A DNA stretch of 64,000 nt, from assembly GCA_044892525.1 (NCBI GenBank), contig CM097885.1:32428001-32492000 (forward strand). Direction: 5' to 3'. The position numbers and the translations under genes were made by a program. Shown here piece by piece: positions 1 to 11,001 of this stretch. The notes under the pieces are model-generated. The model was not told where the DNA came from. It saw nothing but the letters and a program-made list of their open reading frames with translations, and searched no databases. Position 1 is the stretch's first letter. Each line of letters starts with the position of its first letter. This DNA comes from Schmidtea polychroa (taxonomy: Eukaryota).

Positions 1-2797
1 AACTTATCATGAAGCTCAGAAGGAATTACAAGATCAACTTCAAGAGTGTATCCATAAGACAAAGATTCAAGATTTAAATTCCTACATTCATCCATTATTT
101 TATCAAATCCATCAAGAACCCAACAAAATTCGCCACAAGGTAATGATTGACTTAAAGCCCAGCCATAAAGATTATTAATATCTATATATAGTAACTCGGT
201 GTTCTCGTGGGTCTTTACGTAATGCTTATTCACAAAAGTAAGACCGCCTCTTATTCCACCCTCATAAAAGCTAAACATTTCGTTTTCAGTTATGAGTTCA
301 ATTGGTTGGTCTAAGGACATTAATGCAGAAGACCAAGACATGCCTGGAATTCCGAAATAATTCAAAGGCTCTAATCTATTGTGAGCAATTGGTTTCAACC
401 TAAACTGATGAAAGAAATCAGCCAAAAGAAAACAATCAAGTTTTAGGTAGATCATCATATAATCTAATAAAGTTCGGCAATTAGATTCTACCCAAATCTC
501 CTGAGCTTTTTCATACTCAAGCTCAGTGACACCCTCCCAGATTGGTGGTAATTCATACGTAGTTTGTAGAACATCTAAAGAAGTGGCGAAATTATAAGGG
601 AAGATTCCTTTTTCACCTACTATGGTGCCAGAAAAAGCAGAATTAGTAAAAGGCAAAGAATTCAAAGTTTTGACTGCTTTAGCCAAAGAATCATTGACAA
701 ATTGATATGAATCAATGAATCTTAGGCTAATTTTGCCTAAATGAGCAATCAAAGATATAAATTTTTCCGTAGTTATTGGGATGCACCCTAAATTCCAATT
801 TTTAAATTTATTTAATCCATATTTAAGTATATTCAAGTTGTGAAATACGATAGGCAAAATTTTATTTATTTTTCTATTTACGTTACATGTGCTACAAGCT
901 GCACCCAAGTATTTGCCCGTAAAATGATCGTGATCTCTAACAGGATCCACGATAGATTTCAAACAAAGATAACAAACCGTTGAATTAACGAATTGTTGTT
1001 GCTCAATTTTCGTTAATTTAATCATTGGTTTCCTACCCATTTTATAATAAAAAGGAAGAACCTTATTTAATGCTATATCCTCTATAGCACTTAAAAAACT
1101 CTCGACGCAATCTAAACCTATGAACTGCTGATAAGATTTAGATCCGTCAAAGTTATTTACTAGTAAAAGACCAGCAGATATTGGCATGTGTCGCTGAAAA
1201 TGATCATTATCACAAGGTAAAATAGCCTCAAAATCGGCATAAACTACGAAAGGAGGAGTTACTGTTTTCGACCAGTCAGTAAACTGTAAGAATTTATTTT
1301 GAGGGAAAGTATAAAGAGTAGTTCCTAATTGATTGCGTTTGCATAATATTTCATGTTTTTCTAGTGCGTTTCTATTTTTAAAACCATTCAAACATCGATG
1401 ACACCATAATGATTGTATGCGTGTAGGACAAGTAGTGTTGATACCACAATTCAGTAACCTATTTAAATTGCTTATAGCAACGTAATGGAAATTGTTCCCT
1501 TTATTTAATAATAGTAAATTAATTACTGTTCCATTTAAAACTTTGGAACGATGTATAATGTCTAAATGTGGGTGTTTTAAAACGTAATTATCTGTTAATT
1601 GTTTGTTATTATCATAAGAAAAAACGTTAATTATTAAGCCTGGATTTTTGGCCTCGAATTTTCTAATGTCTTTTAATTTCATGGGTAAGTCTAATGGATT
1701 ATATATTAACTCAGATAAATTATAACTGGATGTTCTATTTCTATATTGTTTAATAACTTCATCATATTTTAAAATAGCTAAAATGCTATATAAAAAACAT
1801 GAATCGTCGGTGTTTTTTACATTAATTAAACAATATTTATTTTTTAGACAAGTAGGTAGTTCAATGAAACTTCTACCACTTAATCTACTTAGCCTACTTA
1901 TCTTTGTTATGGTGAAGTGGATTTCAGTTATTTTTTTTATGATCCAGCTACTACCTAACTCTGTGATATTACTTATTTTCTCGTTTAGTTCCCTAATGCC
2001 TTCATCAAAAAATGTTGAAGTTAAAGGTTTTGCATAATTCGAAATATTATTAACCTTTATTTCCCCGTCTTTTTCAAATTCGATTGTTATTCCGAATTGA
2101 ATTTTGACGGAGCCTAATTCGTTAATAATATCTCTCAATTTTATAATTAATTGTTCTGGAAATATTATTTCCTTTATATTCAAGTTACTAGTATTTAAAC
2201 TTAAAATTTGATGTGTACCCCTTAGATCTTTTTGTACTATGGGTACATTACCTCCTATTTGTACATTAGTAGTTCCATCCCAAGAGTCGAGTGAAAGATT
2301 ATCCAATTCATCATTGGATTCACCTACATTCCAAGAGTCGAGTGAAAGATTATCAAATTCATCATAGGATTCAGCAACTAATCCGACCTGGGATTCAACA
2401 AAAGGCAATCCGACCTGGGATTCAACAAAAGGCAATCCATCATTGGATTCAGCAACTAATCCGAACTGGGATTCAACAAAAGGCAATCCATCATTGGATT
2501 CAGCAACTAATCCGACCTGGGATTCAACAAATGTATTTAATTTAATTTTTTTATTAGTTGTATTTATTTCAATAGTTGAAGGTCGTTTAAAAATAACATC
2601 TTTTTTAGAATTGAACATATTTAAATGATGTTTATGCTTATTATAAAAAACGCTATATGTTAAGGGCTCACTAATCTTACATATGGGGCATATAAAAAAA
2701 GTTTTATTATAATATTTTTTAGAGTAATAATTCTCCATTATAGAATGGCAATTATTATTATGTTCTTTCGACGAACAATAATTTGGGTAAAGTATAC
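1..2797 (-). CDS. Protein-primed family B DNA polymerase (pPolB), main exon, 3'-truncated by the window edge
   Basis: Manual translation gives FVVYADFEAIL (~1235), RDHDHFTGKYLGAAC and YIDINNLYGWALSQ (~182); the first and last share a frame with ATG 2738. Absent from the ORF track, probably because it has no stop in the window. AG acceptor at 2798-2799; probable upstream exon at 4598-4682. Short in-frame deletion after VFHNL. Confidence 0.9.
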
Positions 2798-2956
2798 CTA
2801 AAAATATATACATTTAAAAATTTGGCTAAAACATTTGATAAAAATATATTTAAAAATATTACTATTAAAATTTTCTTATAATTTTGCATGTATGCATCCA
2901 ATAAAAATTAATTATTTGCTATAAATGATAATTTAATGAAATAAATTTAACAAAAA

Positions 2957-3390
2957 ATGTCTACTATAAATAGTATCCTATTAGAAGAAAATAGTACATC
3001 AGTTATAGGTATGGTATGTAAACCTCCTATTCAGTTCCTTCAATATAATATGTACTATTTGAAATATCCTATTACTTATTCGTTCAAGGTAATTTTTTTT
3101 TTATTTAATTATTTAATATTAATTTGTTATAGGAACCAGTTAATTTAAAAACATGTCAATTCAATATTGAAATTGGAGATATTGGGGAAGAAGATAGAAA
3201 AAATCTTGGAGAAATTCTTAAATTAATTAATAAAGAAATGATTTTTAATGAAAAATTTACATTTATGAATTGTGAAAAAGGATGTAAATTAGACGAAGAT
3301 AAAAAGTCAAAAGTTCGAATACTTATTCAAGGAGTCAAGATAAATGGAGTTATAATTAAACCAATTTGGAAAATTACAAATGTTTTTTGA
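2957..3390 (+). CDS. Conserved hypothetical protein, 129 aa, join(2957..3088,3133..3390)
   Basis: Removing a 44-nt GT-AG intron gives an open frame ending ILIQGVKINGVIIKPIWKI, which matches IAIQGYKVDNNDVYSPIWKI of ORF 15246-15656. Confidence 0.8.
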
Positions 3391-3462
3391 ATAAATATTT
3401 AAGTGTTATTTTAAATGTTGTTGAAAAAGTTTTAAAGTTAATAATTATTTAATAAGGGTCAG

Positions 3463-3700
3463 ATTATTATTATTATTAAAGACTACTGCATGCTCACTGC
3501 AGACTATTATGTAGCTACGTGCTCACTGTAGACTACATTATTATTATTATTAAAGACTACTGCATGCTCACTGCAGACTATTATGTAGCTACGTGCTCAC
3601 TGTAGACTACATTATTATTATTATTAAAGACTACTGCATGCTCACTGCAGACTATTATGTAGCTACGTGCTCACTGTAGACTACATTATTATTATTATTA
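3463..3700. repeat. Tandem repeat, 74-bp unit x3
   Basis: AAAGACTACTGCATGCTCACTGCAG... recurs at 3478, 3552 and 3626. Confidence 0.95.
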
Positions 3701-4084
3701 TTAATTTCTATCATTATAAAAAAAAATTTGCGAGCGATTTCCCCTTATTTCAAAATAAATATCACTAAAAAAATAACATTAATAATCATTTTTTTAAAAA
3801 AACAAAAATAGATAAATTTCATCTTTAAATATCAATATAAAATTTTTAATATCATTATATAAATTTAAATATTATTAAAAAATGCTAATAATTTCATCAT
3901 TAAATATTATAAAAAAAATTTTTTACGAGGAATTTCCCCTTATTTCAAATTATTTTTACTCTTAAGATAAAATAAAATTTTATTAAAAATATAATTAATA
4001 ATCATTTTAAAAAATATTAATAATTTCATTATAAAATATTATTAAAAAATGCTAATAATTTCATCATTAAATATTATAAAAAAA

Positions 4085-4492
4085 TTTTTGCGAGGGATTT
4101 CCCCTTATTTCATTATAAAATTTTATTTAAAATATTAGTAAAATATTAGATTATAAAAAATGAGTGAATTTCCTCTTAAGATCAAATTTTTGCGAGGGAT
4201 TTCCCCTTATTTCATTATAAAATTTTATTTAAAATATTAGTAAAATATTAGATTATAAAAAATGAGTGAATTTCCTCTTAAGATCAAATTTTTGCGAGGG
4301 ATTTCTCCTTATTTCATTATAAAATTTTATTTAAAATATTAGTAAAATATTAGATTATAAAAAATGAGTGAATTTCCTCTTAAGATCAAATTTTTGCGAG
4401 GGATTTCCCCTTATTTCATTATAAAATTTTATTTAAAATATTAGTAAAATATTAGATTATAAAAAATGAGTGAATTTCCTCTTAAGATCAAA
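4085..4492. repeat. Tandem repeat, 102-bp unit x4
   Basis: CGAGGGATTT recurs at 4091, 4193, 4295 and 4397. Confidence 0.95.
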
Positions 4493-4684
4493 TAAAATTT
4501 TATTAAAAAATTATATAAAAATATCATTAATAATCATTAAAAAATATTAGTAATTTCATCTTATAAAATTTTATAAAAAATTGATAAAAATACTTACATT
4601 TGACATTTTTGTTCATAGTTTCATTCATTTCAGAATTTTTGTTCATAGTTTCATTCATTTCAGAATTTTTGTTCATTTTCATAG

Positions 4685-5188
4685 TATACATCTTTTATTT
4701 CCGATGTATTTTTACGAGATTTCACTGTGACTGAAGATGGTGTTGTTATTCCATTCCAAGAATTTGATGAAGATACGATTTTAGACCCATTAGAAATTGA
4801 CTATATAAGATTTGAACAAGACCTGTTAACTAATATTACATTAGTTCATCAAAATTTAATATCAAATCAATTGACACGACTATTTGGCAAAATTGGATTA
4901 TTTTTAGATGCTAAAATAACATTAGAAACAAGAAAAAAATTAGCGATTTATTTAGGTTTTGAATACGAATTAATGGAAAGATGTTTGGAGAATTATAGTA
5001 ACCAATATTTAGTATATTTGGGAAATATACAATTTATTGTTGATAATATTTTAAATATAGAAGATATCGATGGTTTATTACAAATAACTCGAATGATAAG
5101 ATTGTTGATCGAGCAAATTACTTGGGATGATGTTTTGAAAAATAAGCTCGAACATTTAATTGTGAATATTATTTTGTTTTGTGAATAA
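4685..5188 (+). CDS. Helical accessory protein, possible death domain; start uncertain
   Basis: Open frame 4685-5188. RKKLAIYLGFEYELMERCLENY resembles the death-domain helix 2-3 pattern. ATG 4704 is one base out of frame. Confidence 0.55.
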   Translation, partial: YTSFISDVFLRDFTVTEDGVVIPFQEFDEDTILDPLEIDYIRFEQDLLTNITLVHQNLISNQLTRLFGKIGLFLDAKITLETRKKLAIYLGFEYELMERCLENYSNQYLVYLGNIQFIVDNILNIEDIDGLLQITRMIRLLIEQITWDDVLKNKLEHLIVNIILFCE

Positions 5189-5236
5189 ATTATTTTAATT
5201 GTGAATATTTTAAAAACAACTTTTTATTATAAAAAT

Positions 5237-5615
5237 TTATTTCATTGACTTTAACCAAGCCAAACAATGTTGTCCACATGTTTTTGTTATAGGAATTTGG
5301 TAACGTATTCGATTGTATTCAATTGGCATTGACATTGATTGTAGTTTATTGATTAATATAGGTGGATAATAGAATCCCATTGGATCAAATGCATATATTT
5401 TGTCTGGTTTCACGTATACTGCAAGCCAATGTTCACCATTCAGATTAGCAGATTGAGTATTTACAATTATTGCTTTGTTGACATCTAAATAAGGTATTTT
5501 GTCTAATGGGAAAACACCTAGAAATTCTTTTCCTAGTAATTTTCTTCCGATAACATGTATCTGAATAGAACTAAATTAATAAAAATTAAATAATTTAAAT
5601 TAATTCTTACTTCAT
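5237..5615 (-). CDS. Adenain-like cysteine protease, 112 aa, complement(join(5237..5570,5611..5615))
   Basis: ATG AA|GTAAG..TTAG|T TCT gives MNSIQIHVIG...GEHWLAVY...FDPMG...TCGQHC; homologous to the 21967-22351 gene. Confidence 0.9.
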
Positions 5616-5649
5616 ATTTGATTAATTGACTTTCTATATTTGGTTTATA

Positions 5650-6819
5650 TTATACCAAAACAGTACGAGTAGATGTAATTTGAATTTCTTTTTCAAAAAC
5701 TCCATATATAATTACAGAAACAGCTTCAGTAAGTGAAGATGCGAATTTAATATCTAATCGCAAATTTCCACTTTGTGGTAACTGACTTTGATGAAGATCA
5801 AAATCTGGTGCCAATACGAATATTTTTATTTAGATAACCCATATTTCTAATAATCGATTGCATATAACTTGTCTATAATCATCATTCTCAAAATCTTGAC
5901 TATATTTTTCGCGATAATCACTTCCTTTACTTAAAGTTATGGACTTGACATTAAAGTGATCAAATATAGAAAATGATTCTGAAAACGATCCACTAAATCT
6001 TTTACTAGATTGAAATGCAACAAGTATAAAATTAGGTAATCGTCTATCTCCAAATATTTGTTCTTTATAAAAAGAGGAAGAACCAATAGGTAATGAGAAA
6101 TCAACAACTTCTTTGCTTCTTAAAGGATAAATTGCATTTTTTGTAGACAGACCAATTTGATGTCCTGCCAAAACCGATGGTTCAACACGAACTCTTCTAA
6201 CCATTAATTTTGCGTCTAATAATAAAATTTTCGGTTCAATTTTCGCACAAGTTAAACTAAGTGTTGGATTTGATCTTGTTAATTTAATTTGAACACTAAC
6301 ACCTGGTAGTAAATATTTAGGTTGATCAAAGAAATCAAATTGAAGTGGGGAACATAAAGAAAAGGATTTTGATTTTTCAATCCATGTTTTTCTCGTAAGA
6401 TCTTTGTTAGTATACCCCATTCCACCTAAAGATGTTCGTTTAGTATCTCCGTCATAATTTATAAGTGTTTCAATTAATGCTTTGTGGGCAAATCTATCAT
6501 TTGATCCTTCAACTTTGATTGAATTAAAAATTAATTCAACGTCTTTAAAAAGGGTTTGGAAGAAGAAATTATTTGGAATTACTTCTGATTCGCCTAAATT
6601 CTCACCTAAATTATTAACAACTTTCAATTGAATATATAACAAAGTATCATTCAAATCTAAATATTCAGTCTGCGATCCATTTATGTAAAATTGAATCGAA
6701 GAAGAACCGGCATCTGTAATTGAATTTCTTGGGTATACATCTTCAAATGCTCCATGTTCAATCACTGCTTGGGGAGAAGGTCTATCAAAAAGACATAATT
6801 CTGATTTAGCACTAATCAT
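5650..6819 (-). pseudogene. Major capsid protein (double jelly-roll type) with frameshift and deletion near 5820-5870
   Basis: SELCLF..., YLDLNDTLLY, QPKYLLPGV and C-terminal GNLRLDIKF...VIIYGVFE. About 17 codons are missing relative to the element 2 copy. Confidence 0.85.
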
Positions 6820-7214
6820 TTTTCAAAGATGGTACCATATCCTTTCATTCTTTTGTTTATATGTTTCTTCATAATTTTTCGGCGTTTAAGTATTCCGCCT
6901 TTTTGTTCTTTATCATTTTTAAATACATCGGAAACTTTATTAATTACTTCAGGTAAATGTTGCATCACAGCTGATAATGATTCTTTAATTTCAGAAATTG
7001 CATTTGATTTTAAAGCAGGCAAGATATTTGCATTGTTATTTATTACGTCATTAGCTGTTTTCATACCAAAATTTCCTATTCGTCTAAGAATTGGGAGTGC
7101 AAATCTACCTATTGTCTTCAACCAACCGGTTCCATATTGTTTACCAACAAAATATGGTAAATCACCACCCGATTGGTTACTACTATAAAAATGTATTATG
7201 TCAGGATTACTCAT
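6816..7214 (-). CDS. Virion core/membrane-active protein (adenovirus pVI-like) with QxGG/QxGxG motifs
   Basis: QSGG, QYGTG followed by amphipathic WLKTIGRFALPILRRIG, and a basic tail. Lies between the minor and major capsid genes; ortholog at 20354-20722. Confidence 0.75.
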   Translation of the reverse strand: MSNPDIIHFYSSNQSGGDLPYFVGKQYGTGWLKTIGRFALPILRRIGNFGMKTANDVINNNANILPALKSNAISEIKESLSAVMQHLPEVINKVSDVFKNDKEQKGGILKRRKIMKKHINKRMKGYGTIFEK

Positions 7215-8224
7215 TTATTTTACGAAAATGTAATGTCAAGTATGTTTTATCTTCTTTTCCAAATATATATTTTCCACTATCATCTCGTATATTGATTTCT
7301 ATATTGTTTATATATGAAGACGATACAGGTAAGTACATTGGATTCTTTTCAATTATTTGTACTAAATCATCTTTTTTATGTTTTTCCACCCAAATACATT
7401 TCAAAAGAGGGACCAATGTATCACCAACAATAATTGGTTCGATAATATTTGTATAGATCATCAATTGTTGATTGCGTTGTAATACTTCAGGTTCTTTAAA
7501 ACCAATAATAAGTTTGTCAGTATATGTTTCTTCTAATAATCCTAAACTATTGGCTAAAAATTTACTAAATTGAACTTTACTGACATCATCATCCATTACA
7601 ATTTTAACGATTTTTCCTTTTTGAATATCAACAGATTTAAATGGACGAGGATAAAAGAGTGATAGTTGATCATTTATTTGTGAAAGATCTGTAATGATAT
7701 TTTCTTCGAATGTATCTGTAAACTCGACATCGTAATAATATTGTATAGTTAATCGAATTGTATCAAACTTTATTTTTCGATTATTTGGAGGAATAGTGAT
7801 TTGGTTCAAGGTTTTTTTAAAAGTTATTTCTTTTTCTGAAAATCCCAATTTTTGCGCTTCTTTAATACTATCGAATTCTACTTTAAAAGGAAAATATTTA
7901 CAATTAATGTTCAATGTATTTCCATCAATATATATTAAATAAAATGGAGAGTCGTGACTGATTGTATATTCATTTTTTTTCTTGGTTAAAGTAAAAGTAT
8001 TCATAACTTGTATGTAATACACTTTTACTATATTTGACATTTGAATTGTTGTAAAAAGGAAAATAATTATACACAAAGGTAAAGTCCATGAGAGCTACTT
8101 CCCATTCACCATCCAAGTAAATAGGATTTTGAAATTCGACATTAAATTTACCAGCTTCATTATTTGGATGAGTCTGAGGACAACTATTAGAAGGTAAATT
8201 CACATAAAAATCTTTTTTAATCAT
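7207..8224 (-). pseudogene. Minor capsid (penton-like) protein, copy B, frameshift near 8070
   Basis: N-terminal FYVNLPSNS...EWEVAL in ORF 7970-8224; C-terminal IYTNIIEPIIVGD...LHFRK in ORF 7207-8076. Confidence 0.82.
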
Positions 8225-9242
8225 TTATTTTACGAAAATGTAATGTCAAGTGTGTTTTTGTATCTCTACTAAATTTTATTAATTTTCCATTATCATCTCG
8301 TATATTGATTTCAATGTTGTTTATAGAAGAATTAGAAATTGGTAGATACATTGGATTCTTCATTTCTAGTTGCACAATTTCTCCTTGTTCATATTTTTTT
8401 ATCCAAATAGATTTCAATAACGTTACTCTTACATCTCCAACAGTCAATGGTTCGATAATATTTGAGTAAATAAACATTTGTTGATGATGATTAAATAATT
8501 TTGGAATTTTTGTTCTAATAATTTCTTTCTCTGTAAATGTTTGTTTCTTTAATCCCAACGTTTTTGTTAAATTTTTATCAAAGGTTATTGATGAAATGTT
8601 ATCAGCAAGACTTATTTTAACCAATTCATTATTTTGTATTTTTAAATCTTTAAAGGGAGACGGATTAATTGTCATTAACTGACTATGTATTTCAGATAAA
8701 GTATTGATGTATAGTTCATCTTCGAAATAATGTTCAAATTTTGTTTTTTCAACAACACTTATAATTATACCAAATTGATCAATTGTTTTATCTTCTGTAA
8801 ATTTTGGTAATTTAATTCGCAAATGATCACTATCACTAATAACCGATACTGATTTTAATCCAAATTTAATAGCATGTTCAAAATCTGGAAACGTTATTTT
8901 AAATGGAACATGTGGACAAACAACAACCAAATTCTCATATCTTTCAATGAACATGTCAACTTCAGGAGTATTTTTAGGATTTATTACTTCAAAGGTTCGA
9001 TTTGAATTATTTATTCTAAAATATTTAATTTCTTCATCCATCTTTACTTTTTCATATTGTATCAATGAATTACTGTAATAAGGAAAAGTATTATACACAA
9101 AGGTAAAGTCCATGAGAGCTACTTCCCATTCACCATCCAAGTAAATAGGATTTTGAAATTCGACATTAAATTTACTAGCTTCATTATCAGGGAAAATAAG
9201 AGGACAACTATTAGAAGGTAAAATAATATAAAAATCTTTCAT
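8217..9242 (-). CDS. Minor capsid (penton-like) protein, copy A
   Basis: FYIILPSNS, EWEVAL, IYSNIIEP, IEINIRDDNG and LHFRK motifs typical of Polinton minor capsid proteins. Confidence 0.85.
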   Translation of the reverse strand: MKDFYIILPSNSCPLIFPDNEASKFNVEFQNPIYLDGEWEVALMDFTFVYNTFPYYSNSLIQYEKVKMDEEIKYFRINNSNRTFEVINPKNTPEVDMFIERYENLVVVCPHVPFKITFPDFEHAIKFGLKSVSVISDSDHLRIKLPKFTEDKTIDQFGIIISVVEKTKFEHYFEDELYINTLSEIHSQLMTINPSPFKDLKIQNNELVKISLADNISSITFDKNLTKTLGLKKQTFTEKEIIRTKIPKLFNHHQQMFIYSNIIEPLTVGDVRVTLLKSIWIKKYEQGEIVQLEMKNPMYLPISNSSINNIEINIRDDNGKLIKFSRDTKTHLTLHFRKIND

Positions 9243-9247
9243 AATAT

Positions 9248-10404
9248 TTATTTAATCAATTGATTTTCGGATATCCAAGATGGAGTTTCATATCCATGCC
9301 ATTTAACATAGTATTGTTTATATTTACCATCTTTTTTGGTTTTTAAAATCTTTTGAATTCTAAATATTGTAGGAGCAGGAATTACTTGGAGTTCTTGTTC
9401 ATAGAATTTACCAGTGATTGGTTTGTTTTCATGATCAACTATCACATACATGACAGGATTCTGTTTTGTATCGATTTTAAAAATTTGATATACTTCATCA
9501 CTCCAATTATTATCAAGGTTTTCGATGAATGGTGAAGAATTGATTTTACTAATTCTCACATGATCACCAACCTTGTATTTCGGTTTATTGATTTTTTCTA
9601 ACTTTGTTTGATTTTTAGTAAAATCTGCAGGTGTTTGTCCTTTTAATCCTCTGTGTGGTGAATGATTGTAACTGAAAATAATTTTTGGCAAAACATTATC
9701 CAAGTTTTATTACCTTGATATACAAAATATTTTTTCAAGCGTTCTCTTAAAGTTCGATTAAATCGTTCTACGTGAGCAGCTTTGAACTGAGAAAATACTG
9801 AGTAATGGTTTATTCCTTTGATAACCTCTTTAACTTTGCTGTTATAAAATTCTTTACCTAAATCATATATTTAAAAATTAATTAATTAAATTTAATTACC
9901 TAAATCCGTTTGTAAATTAATAGGTTTACCATCTGCAAACATTTCTTTTATCGCATCAGCCATTTCATTTGCAGATTTAGTTTTTGTAGGAACAGCACGA
10001 GCATATCTATTAAAAACATCTATACAAGTCAGAATATATTTGTACCCCTTGTTAATTTTTGAATAAGGTATCATTTCCATCAAATCCATTTGCCATACAT
10101 CATTGTTTCCAATTGTTTTGTATGGTCTTGTTGGAAAACGTTTCAACATTGGTTTATTTAAACTATATGCTAATTGATTAGATAACCATTTCTGAGTTTC
10201 TTTCTTTGAATTATTCACTCGTTTTGTTAATTTTTCTACGCCACCAAAACCATCTGGATCTTTTGGGTTTGTCCATATGGTTTTTAATTTTTTCTCTATT
10301 GTTTTCACTTTTTTCACTTTTGTTTTCACATTTTTCACTTTTGTTTTCACTTTTGTTTTCATTTTTTCCACTTTTGTGTTGGTTTTGTGATACGTTTCCT
10401 TCAT
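9248..10404 (-). pseudogene. Retroviral-like (RVE) integrase with C-terminal chromodomain; intron 9858-9899; 1-bp frameshift near 9700
   Basis: WQMDL, QTDLG|KEFYN, VERFNRTL and YYVKWHGY motifs. Confidence 0.92.
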
Positions 10405-10474
10405 TATTACAACAAGTTGTCAAAATATTAAAATCTACAATATTTTTATTTGGTAATGAACTCTTGATACCCAT
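10211..10474 (-). CDS. Small putatively myristoylated protein overlapping the integrase 5' end
   Basis: MGIKSS start and a CC motif; positional homolog MGANPS...SSCCN at 18183-18410. Confidence 0.6.
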   Translation of the reverse strand: MGIKSSLPNKNIVDFNILTTCCNNEGNVSQNQHKSGKNENKSENKSEKCENKSEKSENNREKIKNHMDKPKRSRWFWWRRKINKTSE

Positions 10475-10800
10475 TAAGAACTTAATGATGAGATTGCACT
10501 AATTGCAGATAAGACTATAGGAATTAGTGCACCCAAGAACCCTCCTTTTTGTTTATATATTATCTTTCTCATTAGACGACGATTTTTTGTATCAACTAGA
10601 GATAAAAGTGATCTTTTATGTCTTTGCAATACTAATCTTTTAGCTTTAGTTATATTTACATTACCGCGGAAAACATTTATAATAACTTCAAGTAAATCAT
10701 CAATAACAAATGATGGAAAAGACTGTAAAATTGATATTCGTTTCGAATTTGGTGCCTTTATTAAAGCATTAAAATATGGTAAACTCCGTTCAAATTTCAT
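10474..10800 (-). CDS. Basic core protein with adenovirus pX-like C-terminus
   Basis: Ends QKGG|FLGALIPIVLSAISAI. First ATG is at 10800. Confidence 0.75.
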   Translation of the reverse strand: MKFERSLPYFNALIKAPNSKRISILQSFPSFVIDDLLEVIINVFRGNVNITKAKRLVLQRHKRSLLSLVDTKNRRLMRKIIYKQKGGFLGALIPIVLSAISAISSLSS

Positions 10801-10829
10801 TATTATTATTAATTTACGCGACGGATTGT

Positions 10830-10982
10830 TTATAATTTGATCCACTTCTTGATTTGTTTCTTAGTTTTTGTACTTTTTGTACTTTTTGATCCACTTTTTG
10901 TTTTCTTTGTACGTTTTGTTTTCTTGGTAATTTTCTTCGAAACACTTGGAAGATTTTTAACAACTACTTTTTTAAATGACAT
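10830..10982 (-). CDS. Small lysine-rich protein, 50 aa (possible DNA-condensing core protein)
   Basis: MSFKKVVVKNLPSVSKKITKKTKRTKK...; a basic segment occupies the same position in element 2 (from 17665). Confidence 0.55.
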   Translation of the reverse strand: MSFKKVVVKNLPSVSKKITKKTKRTKKTKSGSKSTKSTKTKKQIKKWIKL

Positions 10983-11001
10983 GATTAATTTTATTTAGTT
11001 T

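Noticed and set aside
1783..2628. + strand ORFs of 61-84 aa
   Set aside because: Antisense shadows of the - strand pPolB and its coding repeats.
3463..4492. Regular repeats as a CRISPR-like array
   Set aside because: Head-to-tail units with no unique spacers; eukaryotic context and no cas genes.
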